A stretch of DNA of 64,000 nt from Alphaproteobacteria bacterium (GTDB lineage Bacteria > Pseudomonadota > Alphaproteobacteria > GCA-2731375): the NCBI GenBank assembly GCA_965225945.1, contig CBDDBZ010000033.1, positions 160,001 through 224,000 on the forward strand. The letters are read 5' to 3'. Positions within the stretch are counted from its first letter, which is position 1. Each line of letters opens with the position of its first letter. The translations under genes were made by a program, and so were the position numbers. The notes below the pieces were generated by a model. The model saw only the letters and a list, made by a program, of their open reading frames with translations. It was not told where the DNA came from and made no database searches. Below are positions 1-10,928 of the stretch, in pieces.

Positions 1-344
1 GAAAACCAGTTCACAGAGCTATTTGTGAATAATCCGGCACTCGAATCCTACAATTCAATGAAGCTCTGATTTCCTGGAATATTCCATCGGTGTCGTTCAC
101 CTCCGATTTCAGATAAATTTCAATGAAGTGACGGTCCTTTATGCAACGTGGCGTTTTGCCAAATCCGACTCAATGATTAGGATTTCCACCACGCTAAAGT
201 GTCGCCTAAAAGGCGCTACAATGCCGTCCGAGTCCCTGCTCGGCATCGCCGGAGATATCTCCGCTTCGACCTGCACCGAGCTTTACTCAGGAAAATGGGT
301 GCACACTACATATAGTGGGTGTGGGTGATAACCGGATAGGCAAG
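1..344 (+). mobile_element. 755-bp non-autonomous TIR cassette, copy 1 (right part only; left part lies outside the window)
   Basis: Matches 30227-30570 and 43007-43350 by eye. Ends in the 43-bp TIR CACACTACATATAGTGGGTGTGGGTGATAACCGGATAGGCAAG (302-344). Confidence 0.95.
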
Positions 345-576
345 CCTCGGACATCGCTCGGCGAGTATTCATGTGGGAACCGTGGGATTACGCTTCGAGT
401 TCTAGCGCCTTTCAAGCTTGCGCGACCCCCCCCCTCCCCCGGCCCGGCGCCGTGGCGCGGCGAGCCGCCTCGCGCGATCGCGGTTCGGGCCACCCGGCGT
501 GCCCGAGGGCGCGGCAGCCGTATTTACCTAACCGAAAGGGGGCATGTAGAGTCGAGACCGTTTGGGGGGAGCACGG

Positions 577-3500
577 ATGGCGCAGGGAGGTGGCGCTCGC
601 CGGCCGACGAGGATCGTCGCGGCGGGCTTCAAGGTCACTTCGCGCCGGATGGCGGCGCTCGCGGTCCCGATCGTGCTCACCCTGGCGTGGGCCGCGCCGG
701 CACAGGAAGTCACCAACGAGATGATCGTCACCAGTGGCGATGCGGTACCGGGGCGAACCGGGGAGACGTTCGGTGGCTTCTCGAGCCCGATCGTGCTGGA
801 CGACGGCGCTGTCGTCTTCATCGCCAATTGGTCCAACGCGGAATTTTCGAACATCGGCGGCCTGTTCACCATCCCCTCGGGCGGCGCGCTGACGGAGCTG
901 GCGATACTCGAGCAAAATTTTCCGCTGATAACGAATCTGGACGGCTCTCCGAGCACGTTCAGCTTTCCCATCCCGCGGGCGGTCTTCGCCGTTCGACCGG
1001 ATAATGGAAGCACAATCTTCGACGTGCTCGTCCGCACCGATCGCAGCGACGCCGATTCCCGGGATATACACATCCTCGAGCAGTCCCAAGACGGAACCCG
1101 GCGCATCCTCGACAGCGCTCTCGCGTTCACTGACTTGGTCATCAACGACACGGGCACCTCGCTCTATTTTCGGACCCTTCGCGATCTGGATACCCGAGTC
1201 CTGTTTGGCGAGTTAGTGCTGGGGGGTAGCGTGATCGACCTCGGTGGCGCGATGGGCCTCGGCGGCGCGACGTTCGCCGGCATACGCCCGCTCGCGGTGA
1301 GCACGTCGGGCGACGGCTTCTTCGCCGCCGACCTGTCCGGCGCCGGGGTCGACACGACGAACGACGAATCCTTTTGGCGCACGGTGGCTGGCGTGCCGAC
1401 GCTGATCGTGCGCGAGGGCGAGCCGGCGCCGGGCTTGACGGGCTTCACGCTGACGGCGGTCGACGACATCGACGGCTCGCCCTTCGCCACGCGGCACGAC
1501 GAGGTGCCGGGCATCCGGGCGGACGGCACTTTCGTGTTTTCGGGCACGGCGACGGCGGCCGACGGCAGCGTGGTGCAGGGCATCTGGCGCGGCACGGGCG
1601 CGGGCGATCGCGCGCTGGTCTTCGCGACCTCTTCGGATCCGAGCCGGATCCCGAACGGCGTGGCGACGGGGGCGGAGATCGACGACATCAAGGCGGTGGT
1701 GCTGTCGACCAGCGGGGAGATCTTCTTCACCGCCGGCGCGGCGAGCCTGATCGACGCGCCGGGCCTCTTCGGCCTCGCCGAAAACGGCACCTTGCGGACG
1801 CTCTCCGGCGACAACGTGGCGGCGCTCGCGGGCGCGGGCTTCGTCTTCTCGGACATCACCGACCTCTCGATCAGCGCCGAAGGACGGCTCGCCTTCCTCG
1901 CCGAGCTCACGAACAGCTCGGCGACCTTTGTTCCAGCGCCGAGGGTGACCAGCCTCTGGGCGGTCGACGCGAATGGAAATCTCAGGCTCGTGGTGACAAC
2001 CGGCGAGACGGTCGACGGCATCGAGTTGATCACCTTGATCCGCGATTGGGAAAGCCTGAACTTCTTGGGCGGCGGCGGTGCCACCGATTTCAACGCCGCC
2101 GGGCAGATCGTCTATGTGGCCGGGTTCCGGGGGGGCGGCTTCGACCTCAGCGGCGTGCTCATTCTGGCGGACCTCGGCGATCTTCAGCCGATCACCGACT
2201 TCGTCTGGACCGGCGACTGCGGGAGCAGGAACTGGCATGACCCCTGCGCCGCCGCCAATTGGGTCGATGCGACCGACGAAACCAACATCGCCACGACGCC
2301 GCCCGGCACCGACGCGGCGCAGACCGCCACCATAGTGAACGCGAGGGTCGTCATAGAGGATGAACCGGTCACGCTGCGCTCGATCACCGCGACCGGGTCT
2401 CTCACCGTCCTCACCGCGCTCGCGCTGGAGGCCGATTCGCGGATCGAATCACTCACCTTGGACGGCGATCTAAGGATGAACAGAAGGACCGAAATTTTCG
2501 GACAGAGCACGTGGACCAGTGGCACTATATCCGGAGATTTCGATCCGGATCTCGACCAACAAAGTCGTATACTCGTCAACACTGGCGTGCTCAGGATCGC
2601 CAGAGGTGGCGATCATATACTTCGCACTATGTTGCTCAACGCAGGAACGGTGATTCATGAGGAGAGCGCAACGATTCGCATACAATATGGCGGAAGAATC
2701 GCGAATTATGCAACCTATAGACTCTCCGGAAATTTACGGGACAACGCTCTCCTCATTGGAAACGCTTTTGATAATAGCGGCCACCTTATATTGGAAAGGA
2801 CGACCATAAATCAATCCGGTGCATTCAACACCTTCGGCATCAGATTATTTAACATCATATCTGACGTAACGGTATCTGACGTAACGGTAGCCGTAGGTGC
2901 AAATGGACGATTTTCGCTACGAATACAATCACGATCACCCTGGGTGGCGATCGTTTAAATTCCGAACATTTCATAGTTCTCGATGGCGCGAAGCTGCGCT
3001 TGGGTGCGGACTAATGTCATAATCAACGAAATCAGCGGCAGAGCAGCACTGTTTCTACATGGTAGTGGGAGGCTGATTAATCTTGTTGACGCCATGTCAG
3101 CGTCCAGGCAGAGAGATTTGACTGTAGACGGTGTCTTGCATATTTTATCCAATGCAAGCTTCTCAACGGCGGGAGATCTCAGAGTTATTGGTAGTGGTAA
3201 TTTGGAGGTAAGCGGTGGAAGCCATCTTCGAGTGAACGGAGATCTTCTCAGTTCAGCCCCACGAGGGATTGCTAGGGCTATCAGTATATTGACTGGATCT
3301 ACGATTACCGTGACTGGGGATTTAGTTATTGGGGCGGGAAACAGTGCGTCCCTCACTAACCTTGATCCCGATACGAACGCGCCGATTCCCGGTCCTGTTC
3401 CGACCTCCCGGGTATTGGGAAACGTCTTCAATTCGGGGGCCCTCACTCTCCAGAGGCACCGCCTGGACGTTTCGACGGGCCGAGTGGAGAATTCAGGGAG

Positions 3501-5196
3501 GCTCATCGTCGACGGCACCTTGGATGCGCGCACGGTCATCAATAATGCCATTCTGGGCCCGGGCACGTCTGCCGGCATCGCGACCCTGGGCGGCGACTAC
3601 GAGCAAACGTCCGAAGGCAACCTCGAGATCGAGCTCGGCGGCACCACCGCCGGCACCGAGCACGACCAGCTCATCGTCGGCGGCACGGCGAGTTTCGAGG
3701 CCGGCACCACGGTCACCGTGGTGCTGATCGATCCCGCCGACGACGCGGGCGCCAACGTCTTCAGTCCCGCCAACGGCGATACCTTCGACATCGTGCTCGC
3801 CGACGCGATCACCGTGCCCGACCCGGACGATCTCTCCGCCCTGCTGGATTTCTCCGGCTTGCCGATGGACGTCTCCTTCGATGCCGCGCTCTTTACCATC
3901 GACGGCCAGGACATCTTCCGCTTGCAGGCGCTCGTCGCCGCGCTGTTAACGGCGACCCCCGGCCTTTCCGCCGCCGAGACGGCGGTGGGCGCCTCGCTGG
4001 AGGCGGCCGCCGCGGCGGGCGGCTCGGCCGACGTGGTGGCGTTGGCCGACGAGCTGGCGGCGCTGGAGTCCGACGCGGCCAGGGCCGAGGCGCTGGCGGA
4101 GGCCGGCCCCAATGCCGTCACCGCGCTCTACGATGCCGGCCGGCTCGGCGCCGCGCGGGCGGCCGGCCATCTCGGGCGCCATCTCGATGCCGCGATCTGG
4201 AACCCGAGCGCCGCGCGGCCGACCGCCTCGGCGGCCGCTTCCACGCCGACGCCCGCCTTCCAGCCGACCCTGGTGCGCGAGCAACGCGATCTCCTGGCCC
4301 TCGCCCGGGGCCTGACCTCGGGCTCGGCGAGCGGCGAGGCGACGCTGTTCTCCGAGGGCGCGATCGAGGCCTTCATCACCGCGACGGGCGAATTCGGCGA
4401 CGTCGCCGCCTCGGCCAACCAGTCCGGCTACGACTTCAGCGGCGGCGCGCTGACCACCGGCGTCGAGGTCCGCATCAACGATGCGATCAGCCTGGGCCTG
4501 GCCGGGACCTACGGCGCCCTCGATGCCGACATCGACGGCGGGCGCGGCGCCACGGATAGCGACTTCTACGGCGTCTCGGGCTATGCGCAGGCGCGCATCG
4601 CGCGGGACTATTTCCTCGATGCCACGATCAGCCACACCTGGTCGGACCACGACACCACGCGGCGCTTCACCGCGGGCGGCGCCGCGGTGGTGGCCAGGGG
4701 CAATACCGACGGCACCGCGTGGTCGGCGGTGGTGCGGGGTGCCGCGCGCTTCCCCGTGGGCGCGGGCTTCGTCGGCCCGGTCGCGAGGCTCGAATACGCC
4801 GACGTCAGCATCGACGGCTACACCGAGACGGGCGCCGGCGGGCTCTCGCTCACCGTCGGCAACGAGAGCGCGCAATGGTTCGCCGGCAGCCTCGGGGTCC
4901 GGGGCGCGGTGCCGATCGAGACACGCCTTGGCCGGGTGACGCCGAGCGGCGGGATCGCCCTGGTGCACGCCTTCGAGAACGAGGCGCCCTCGCTCACCGC
5001 CAGCTTCACCGGCGCGCCCGGGACCCCCTTCACGGTCCCGACCGACGACACCGACGACACTTATCTCGAGCTCGACCTGGGCCTCAGCCTCGACTTCGGC
5101 GCGGACGCCCGCCTCTCGCTCGGCTACCGGGGCACGCTCGCCAACGACGACGTCGAACGCCACGCGCTCACCGCCAGCCTGCGCCTGCGCTTTTGA
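577..5196 (+). pseudogene. Large autotransporter (NxxGxxAF-like repeat passenger, beta-helix-like middle, C-terminal beta-barrel), interrupted near 2915-3010
   Basis: GGGGAG RBS before ATG 577 and a signal peptide (..LAWAAPA-Q). Repeats FNAAGQIVY, ISAEGRLAF, LSTSGEIFF; GDYEQTSEGNLEIELGG motif; barrel ends in ..SLRLRF. ORFs 562-2958 and 2983-5196 share a frame but are separated by stops at 2956 and 2974. Confidence 0.85.
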
Positions 5197-5205
5197 GAAC
5201 CATCG

Positions 5206-5721
5206 ATGCGCCGTGTCCTCGCGATAACAACGGTCTTTACGCTTGCGCTCGCCGGCTCGGCCGGCCTGGCGCAATCGCCCAAGGTCGGCGAACGCTTCGG
5301 CGACTGGGTCTTCACCTGCAAGGCGCTATCCTCGAAAGAAACCGTGTGCGCCCTGACGCAGACGGTGACCGTCAAGGCCCAGCAGGGACGCGGTCGGATA
5401 TTGACGCTGCTTTTGCGCCGGCTCGAAGACGAGAAGACGAAGCAGCGCAAGATCATCCTCGTCGCATTGCTGCCGCTCGGCATCTACCTGCCCCCCGGCG
5501 TGGCGGCCCGGATCGACCAGGGAGCGCAGTTCCCCCTACAGCTCAGGACCTGCACCCAGACCGGGTGCGAGGCGGCAACGGAGCTGGCCGACAAGACGCT
5601 GGAAGCGTTCAAGGCGGGAAACCAGCTTTTCATCGGCTTCAAAACCGCCGCGAAAGGCAAGGTCTTCACGATCCCCGCCTCGCTCAAGGGTGTCACCAAG
5701 GGTCTCGCCGCGCTGCCGTGA
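5206..5721 (+). CDS. Invasion-associated locus B (IalB) family periplasmic protein
   Basis: Signal peptide; FGDWVFTC...CALTQ, LPLGIYLPPGV, C.QTGC and C-terminal SLKGVTKGLAAL are typical of IalB. Starts 9 bp after the autotransporter. Confidence 0.85.
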   Translation: MRRVLAITTVFTLALAGSAGLAQSPKVGERFGDWVFTCKALSSKETVCALTQTVTVKAQQGRGRILTLLLRRLEDEKTKQRKIILVALLPLGIYLPPGVAARIDQGAQFPLQLRTCTQTGCEAATELADKTLEAFKAGNQLFIGFKTAAKGKVFTIPASLKGVTKGLAALP

Positions 5722-5940
5722 ACGCCTGCTCCGCGACATCCGCGACGATTATTCCCAGGGCAACCGCGTGAAGTGATGGACACGGCCTCGAACCTGCGCC
5801 AACCGCCGCGAATGGGCCATTGAGGCCCCGCGAGCCCATGCGAGCAGCGCCCGAGCGCCCGATTGGGCGCGCCCGGCGTCTGAGGGAACAAGAAGAATCC
5901 AGGGCAATCGCGTTCACGCGATTGCCCTGCGATTTTTCGC

Positions 5941-5970
5941 TTGATTTTTTGTTGCAGCGCACCAAATAAT
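5941..5970 (+). promoter_or_regulatory. Putative sigma70 promoter (TTGATT-N18-AATAAT) with a PhaR-like box TGCAGCGCACCA in the spacer
   Basis: AT-rich patch in GC-rich DNA about 40 bp upstream of ORF 6007. TGCnnCGCAnnA at 5953-5964 resembles alphaproteobacterial PhaR sites. Confidence 0.4.
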
Positions 5971-6006
5971 GCCGGCGTCGAACATTGCCTTTGAAGAGTC
6001 GGTACC

Positions 6007-6198
6007 ATGGAAGAGAATCGGACCGGCCGGGGGTGCCGGTGGCCGATATGGCCGCACGCGTCCCGGCCCACACACGAATATTGCTGCGCCCGCAAGGCGC
6101 CGGGTTCGTCCTATTGCGCGCAACACCGGACCATGTCGATCCGCGACTTCGAGACCGAACCGCGCCAACCCTTCGTGCCGAACAAGCAGGCGGCCTGA
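6007..6198 (+). CDS. 63-aa microprotein resembling the GcrA C-terminal domain
   Basis: CRWPIW...YCC......SYCAQH matches the GcrA C-terminal pattern CRWPIG..FCG......YC..H. No N-terminal HTH. Confidence 0.6.
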   Translation: MEENRTGRGCRWPIWPHASRPTHEYCCARKAPGSSYCAQHRTMSIRDFETEPRQPFVPNKQAA

Positions 6199-6382
6199 GC
6201 CGCCGACCAGCGACTTTTCGGGCCCGGCCCCGCGCGCACCGCGCCGGGGCCGGTTCCTCGTTCGCGCGCGCCGTTGTCGCGCGGGGTCTTCCCAACTTCG
6301 CATTCGCTGGCGCCCCGGGCGGCGCGCGGGCTATAAACGGGCCGTCGAACAGGGGGGCGCGGCCGGACCGCCCGAGCACCGA

Positions 6383-7633
6383 ATGGCCAAGTATTCGATT
6401 CTTTCGCTGGCGCGAAACGCGGCCCGCCAACACGCCGATTGGCGCGAGGCTTGGCGTAGCCCCGAGCCCAGGCCAAATTACGACGTGGTGATCATCGGCG
6501 GCGGCGGCCACGGCCTCGCCACCGCCTATTACCTCGCCAAGGAGCATGGCATTACCGACGTCGCGGTGCTGGAGAAGGGCTGGATCGGCGGCGGCAACAC
6601 CGGGCGCAACACCACGATCATCCGTTCCAACTATCTGGAGGACGCGAGCAGCCACTTCTACGACCACGCGGTGAAGCTCTGGGAGGGCTTGAGCCGGGAA
6701 CTCAACTTCAACGTCATGTTCAGCCAACGCGGCGTGCTGAACCTCGCCCACTCCGTGGCCGACGTGCGCGAGCTTCGCCGCCGGGTCCATGCCAACCAGT
6801 TGAACGGCGTCGATGCGGAGTGGCTGGGGCGGGACCAGGTTCGGGCCTTCTGCCCGGTCCTGAACAGCGACCCCGAGGCGCGCTATCCGGTGCTGGGGGC
6901 GAGCCTGCAGCGGCGCGGCGGCGTCGCCCGGCACGACGCCGTGGCCTGGGGCTACGCGCGGGGCGCCGATGCCCGAGGCGTCGACATCATCCAGAACTGC
7001 GAGGTCACCGGCTTGATCATTCGGGGTGGCGAGGTCAGGGGCGTCGAGACCACGCGGGGCGAGGTCCGCGCGCCCAAGATCGGCGTCGTCACCGCCGGGC
7101 ACTCGAGCGTGATGGCCGCCATGGCCAACTTCCGCCTGCCGATCGAGAGCCACCCGCTGCAAGCCCTGGTCTCGGAGCCGATCAAGCCGATCCTCGATTG
7201 CGTGGTGATGTCGAACGCGGTGCACGTCTACGTCAGCCAGTCCGACAAGGGCGAGCTGGTGATCGGCGCCGGCGCCGACCGCTACACCTCCTACGCCCAG
7301 CGCGGCAGCTTCGCGATCATCGAGGAGATGGTCCGCGCGCTGGTCGAACTGTTCCCCTTCACCAGCCGGCTGGCGATGCTCAGGAGCTGGGGCGGCATCG
7401 TCGACATCTGCCCCGACGCCAGCCCGATCATCGCCAAGACGCCGGTTCGGGGGCTCTACTTCAATGGCGGCTGGGGCACCGGCGGCTTCAAGGCGACGCC
7501 GAGCTCCGGCTGGGTCTTCGCCCACACCATCGCGCGCGACGAGCCGCATTCGCTGAACGCCGCCTTCACCATCGAGCGGTTCTCCAGCGGCGCGCTGGTG
7601 GCCGAGCACGGCGCCGCCGCCGTGGCGCATTGA
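6383..7633 (+). CDS. soxB: Sarcosine oxidase subunit beta
   Basis: GGGGHG FAD motif, [27 protein letters not shown]-terminal AAAVAH. Confidence 0.95.
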   Translation: MAKYSILSLARNAARQHADWREAWRSPEPRPNYDVVIIGGGGHGLATAYYLAKEHGITDVAVLEKGWIGGGNTGRNTTIIRSNYLEDASSHFYDHAVKLWEGLSRELNFNVMFSQRGVLNLAHSVADVRELRRRVHANQLNGVDAEWLGRDQVRAFCPVLNSDPEARYPVLGASLQRRGGVARHDAVAWGYARGADARGVDIIQNCEVTGLIIRGGEVRGVETTRGEVRAPKIGVVTAGHSSVMAAMANFRLPIESHPLQALVSEPIKPILDCVVMSNAVHVYVSQSDKGELVIGAGADRYTSYAQRGSFAIIEEMVRALVELFPFTSRLAMLRSWGGIVDICPDASPIIAKTPVRGLYFNGGWGTGGFKATPSSGWVFAHTIARDEPHSLNAAFTIERFSSGALVAEHGAAAVAH

Positions 7634-7644
7634 GGGCCGCGGCC

Positions 7645-7926
7645 ATGCTGCTGATCGCCTGTCCCTGGTGCGGCGCCCGCGAGGAGCACGAGTTCACCTG
7701 CGGCGGCGAGGCGCACCTCGCGCGGCCCTTGGAGCCGGAGAGGCTCGACGACGCGGCCTGGGCCGACTACGTCTTCATGCGCACCAACCCCAAGGGCGTG
7801 CACTACGAGCGCTGGTGCCACCTCGAGGGCTGCCGACGCTGGTTCAACCTCGCCCGCCACACGGTGAGCCACGACATCCTCGCCGTCTATCGGCTAGACG
7901 AGCCGAAGCCGGAGGTCGAGGGGTGA
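7645..7926 (+). CDS. soxD: Sarcosine oxidase subunit delta
   Basis: MLLIACPWCGAREEHEF...NPKGVHYERWCH..GCRRWFN Zn-binding pattern. Confidence 0.95.
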   Translation: MLLIACPWCGAREEHEFTCGGEAHLARPLEPERLDDAAWADYVFMRTNPKGVHYERWCHLEGCRRWFNLARHTVSHDILAVYRLDEPKPEVEG

Positions 7927-10900
7927 GCGGCCGACTGGCGAAAGGCGGGCGAATCGATCGCGAGCAGAGCCTGCGCTTCCGCTTCGACGAGCGGGAATAC
8001 CTCGGCCATCCCGGCGACACCCTGGCCTCCGCGCTGCTGGCCAACGACGTCGGCCTCCTCGCCCGCAGTTTCAAGTATCACCGCCCGCGCGGCCTCCTCA
8101 GCGCGGGCGCCGAGGAGCCGAACGCGCTGGTCCGCTTGCGGACCGGCCGCGCGGGCGAGCCCAACGTCAGGGCCACGGTGGTCGAGCTCTATGACGGCCT
8201 GGTCGCGGAAAGCCAGAACCGCTGGCCGACGCTTCGTTTCGATGTCGGCGAGATCAACTCGGCTCTGGCGCCGCTCATTCCCGCCGGCTTCTATTACAAG
8301 ACCTTCATGTGGCCGGCGCGGTTCTGGAAGCTTTACGAATATGTCATCCGCCGCTTCGCCGGGCACGGCCGGGCGCCGGAGCCGGGCGACCCCGACCTCT
8401 ACGAGCACCGCCATGCCCATTGCGACGTTTTGGTGGTCGGCGGCGGGCCGGCGGGCCTGGCGGCGGCCCGGCGCGCGGCGCGGGCCGGCGCCCGGGTGAT
8501 CGTGGTGGACGAGCAGGCCGAATTTGGCGGCAGCCTGTTGGGCGACGGGCAGGAAATCGACGGCGCGTCCGGCCTCGAGTGGGTGGCGGGCGCGGTGCGC
8601 GATATCGAGAGCTCAGGCGACGGTGTGGCACTCCGCCGCACGACCGCGATCGGCTATCACGACCACAACTATCTGACCCTGATCGAGCGGCTGGGCGACC
8701 ACCGGCCCCGGCCCGATCCGGGCCAGCCCCGCCGGCGGCTCTGGAAGCTGCGGGCAGCCCAAGTGGTGCTGGCGAGCGGCGCGATCGAGCGCCCGCTGGT
8801 CTTCGCCGACAACGACCGGCCCGGCGTGATGCTGGCGAGCGCGGCCCAGCGCTACCTCAACCGTCATGGCGTGAAGGCGGGCGAGCGCGTGGTCGTCGCC
8901 ACCAACAGCGATTCCGCCTATTCGGTCGCGCTCCAGCTTCGAGACGCCGGCATCGAGGTGCCGGCGCTGGTCGAGCTGCGCGAGGAAGCGCCACCGGCGC
9001 TCGCCGAAGGGCTCGCCCGCGCCGGTATCGAGCTCAGGCTCGGCCAGGCCGTGGTCGGCATTCGCGGGCTGCGCCGGGTGAAGGCGGCGTACGTGATGCG
9101 GCTCGACGCCGAAGGCCGCCGCGCGACGGGCGAGGTGGGGCGGATCGAGTGCGACCTGGTCGCGATGTCGGGCGGCTGGAATCCGACGGTGCACCTGTTC
9201 TCGCAGTCGGGCGGGCGGCTGGTCTTCGACCCGATCCTGGGCGCCTTCCTGCCGGGCCAAGGCGCTTCTGCGGTGGCCGTGGTCGGCGCGGCGGCCGGCG
9301 AATATGAGCTCGGCGCCTGCCTGGCCCGAGGCGACGCGGCCGGGCTCGCCGCGCTCGAGGCCGCCGGGATCGCCCGCAAGGGACGCAAGCCCAAGGCGCC
9401 GAGGGTCGAAGCGCCGGGCGAGCCCATGGCGCCCCGGAACCTCTGGCTGATCCCGACCCGGCCGGGCAAGGAAGGAAGCGCGAAACGCTTCGTCGACCTG
9501 CAGAACGACGTCACCGCCGCGGATCTCGAGCTCAGCGTTCGGGAGGGCTATCGCTCAATCGAGCACGTCAAACGCTACACCACTACCGGCATGGGGACGG
9601 ACCAGGGCAAGACCTCCAACGTCAACGCGCTGGCGATCGTCGCCCAGACCTTGGGCGAGGCGGTCTCCGCCGTCGGCACCACCACCTTCCGCCCGCCCTA
9701 TACGCCGGCGACCTTCGGCGCCATCGCCGGGCGCCACACCGGGGGCATGCTCGATCCCGTCCGCCGCACGGCCATGCAGGACTGGCACGAGGCGCGCGGC
9801 GCCGTCTTCGAGCCGGTGGGGCAATGGCTCCGGCCGCGCTACTATCCGGCTGGCGACGAGGACATGGACGCCGCCGTCGAGCGCGAGGTGAAGGCGACGC
9901 GGACCAGCCTCGGCTTGCTCGACGCCTCCACCCTCGGCAAGATCGACATCCAGGGGCCGGACTCAGGCGAGTTGCTCGAGCGGATCTACACCAACGGCTG
10001 GAAAGGTCTCGGGCTCGGGCGCTGCCGTTACGGCCTGATGCTGCGCGAGGACGCCATGGTCTTCGACGACGGCGTCACAGCCCGGCTAGGCGAGAGCCAT
10101 TTCCACATGACTACCACCTCCGGCAACGCCGTGACGGTGCTGGCCTGGCTGGAGAGCTGGCTGCAGACCGAATGGCCGGAGCTCCGGGTCTATTGCACCT
10201 CGGTAACCGAGCAGTGGGCGGTGGCCAGCCTCTCCGGCCCCCGGGCGCGGGACTTGCTCGGGACGCTCGGCGGCGATATCGATTTCTCGGCCGAGGCCTT
10301 CCCGTTCATGACCTGGCGCGAGGGCAGGCTCGCGGGGCTCCCCGCCCGCGTCTTCCGGGTCTCCTTCACCGGCGAATTATCTTACGAGATCAACGTCGAG
10401 GCGAGCCTGGGCTCGGCGCTCTGGGAGCTGCTGATGCGGGCCGGCGCGCCTTGGGCCATCACGCCGTTCGGGACCGAGGCGATGCACGTGCTCCGGGCCG
10501 AGGTCGGCTTCCCCATCGTCGGCCAGGAGACCGATGGCACGGTGACGCCGATCGATTTGGGGCTGGAAGCGATGGTGAGCGGGGCCAAGGACTTCATCGG
10601 CAAGCGCTCGCTCGCGCGGCCCGACACAGGCCGCGCCGATCGCCGCCGGCTCGTCGGGATCCAGTCGGAGGATCCGAGGCTCGTCGTGCCGGAGGGCGCC
10701 CAGATCGTCGCGCGGCCGGGGCTGCGCCCGCCGGTGGCGATGATCGGCCACGTCACCTCCAGCTACTTCAGCCCCAACCTCGGCCACGCCTTCGCCCTGG
10801 CCCTGGTGGCGCGCGGGGCCGAGCGGCACGGCGAGATGGTGGAGCTCGCCTGGGACGGTCGCAGCGCGCCGGCCCACATCCGCGCGCCCAGGTTCTTCGA

Positions 10901-10928
10901 TCCCGATGGGGTTCGAGCCCGTGGTTGA
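7923..10928 (+). CDS. soxA: Sarcosine oxidase subunit alpha
   Basis: GTG start overlaps the soxD stop. GDTLASALLAN, RSFKYHRPRG, KRYTTTGMGTDQGKTS, GcvT-like C-terminal domain. Confidence 0.95.
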   Translation: MSGRLAKGGRIDREQSLRFRFDEREYLGHPGDTLASALLANDVGLLARSFKYHRPRGLLSAGAEEPNALVRLRTGRAGEPNVRATVVELYDGLVAESQNRWPTLRFDVGEINSALAPLIPAGFYYKTFMWPARFWKLYEYVIRRFAGHGRAPEPGDPDLYEHRHAHCDVLVVGGGPAGLAAARRAARAGARVIVVDEQAEFGGSLLGDGQEIDGASGLEWVAGAVRDIESSGDGVALRRTTAIGYHDHNYLTLIERLGDHRPRPDPGQPRRRLWKLRAAQVVLASGAIERPLVFADNDRPGVMLASAAQRYLNRHGVKAGERVVVATNSDSAYSVALQLRDAGIEVPALVELREEAPPALAEGLARAGIELRLGQAVVGIRGLRRVKAAYVMRLDAEGRRATGEVGRIECDLVAMSGGWNPTVHLFSQSGGRLVFDPILGAFLPGQGASAVAVVGAAAGEYELGACLARGDAAGLAALEAAGIARKGRKPKAPRVEAPGEPMAPRNLWLIPTRPGKEGSAKRFVDLQNDVTAADLELSVREGYRSIEHVKRYTTTGMGTDQGKTSNVNALAIVAQTLGEAVSAVGTTTFRPPYTPATFGAIAGRHTGGMLDPVRRTAMQDWHEARGAVFEPVGQWLRPRYYPAGDEDMDAAVEREVKATRTSLGLLDASTLGKIDIQGPDSGELLERIYTNGWKGLGLGRCRYGLMLREDAMVFDDGVTARLGESHFHMTTTSGNAVTVLAWLESWLQTEWPELRVYCTSVTEQWAVASLSGPRARDLLGTLGGDIDFSAEAFPFMTWREGRLAGLPARVFRVSFTGELSYEINVEASLGSALWELLMRAGAPWAITPFGTEAMHVLRAEVGFPIVGQETDGTVTPIDLGLEAMVSGAKDFIGKRSLARPDTGRADRRRLVGIQSEDPRLVVPEGAQIVARPGLRPPVAMIGHVTSSYFSPNLGHAFALALVARGAERHGEMVELAWDGRSAPAHIRAPRFFDPDGVRARG

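Noticed and set aside
128-328. 66-aa ORF repeated in each cassette copy
   Set aside because: It runs into the TIR and has no RBS or recognisable motif. It recurs only because the cassette is repeated.
5693-7630. Long antisense or alternative-frame ORFs (e.g. 5693-7630, 16623-18686, 49473-51224, 61203-63122)
   Set aside because: Shadow ORFs of real genes in high-GC DNA, with Arg/Ala/Gly-rich motif-free translations.
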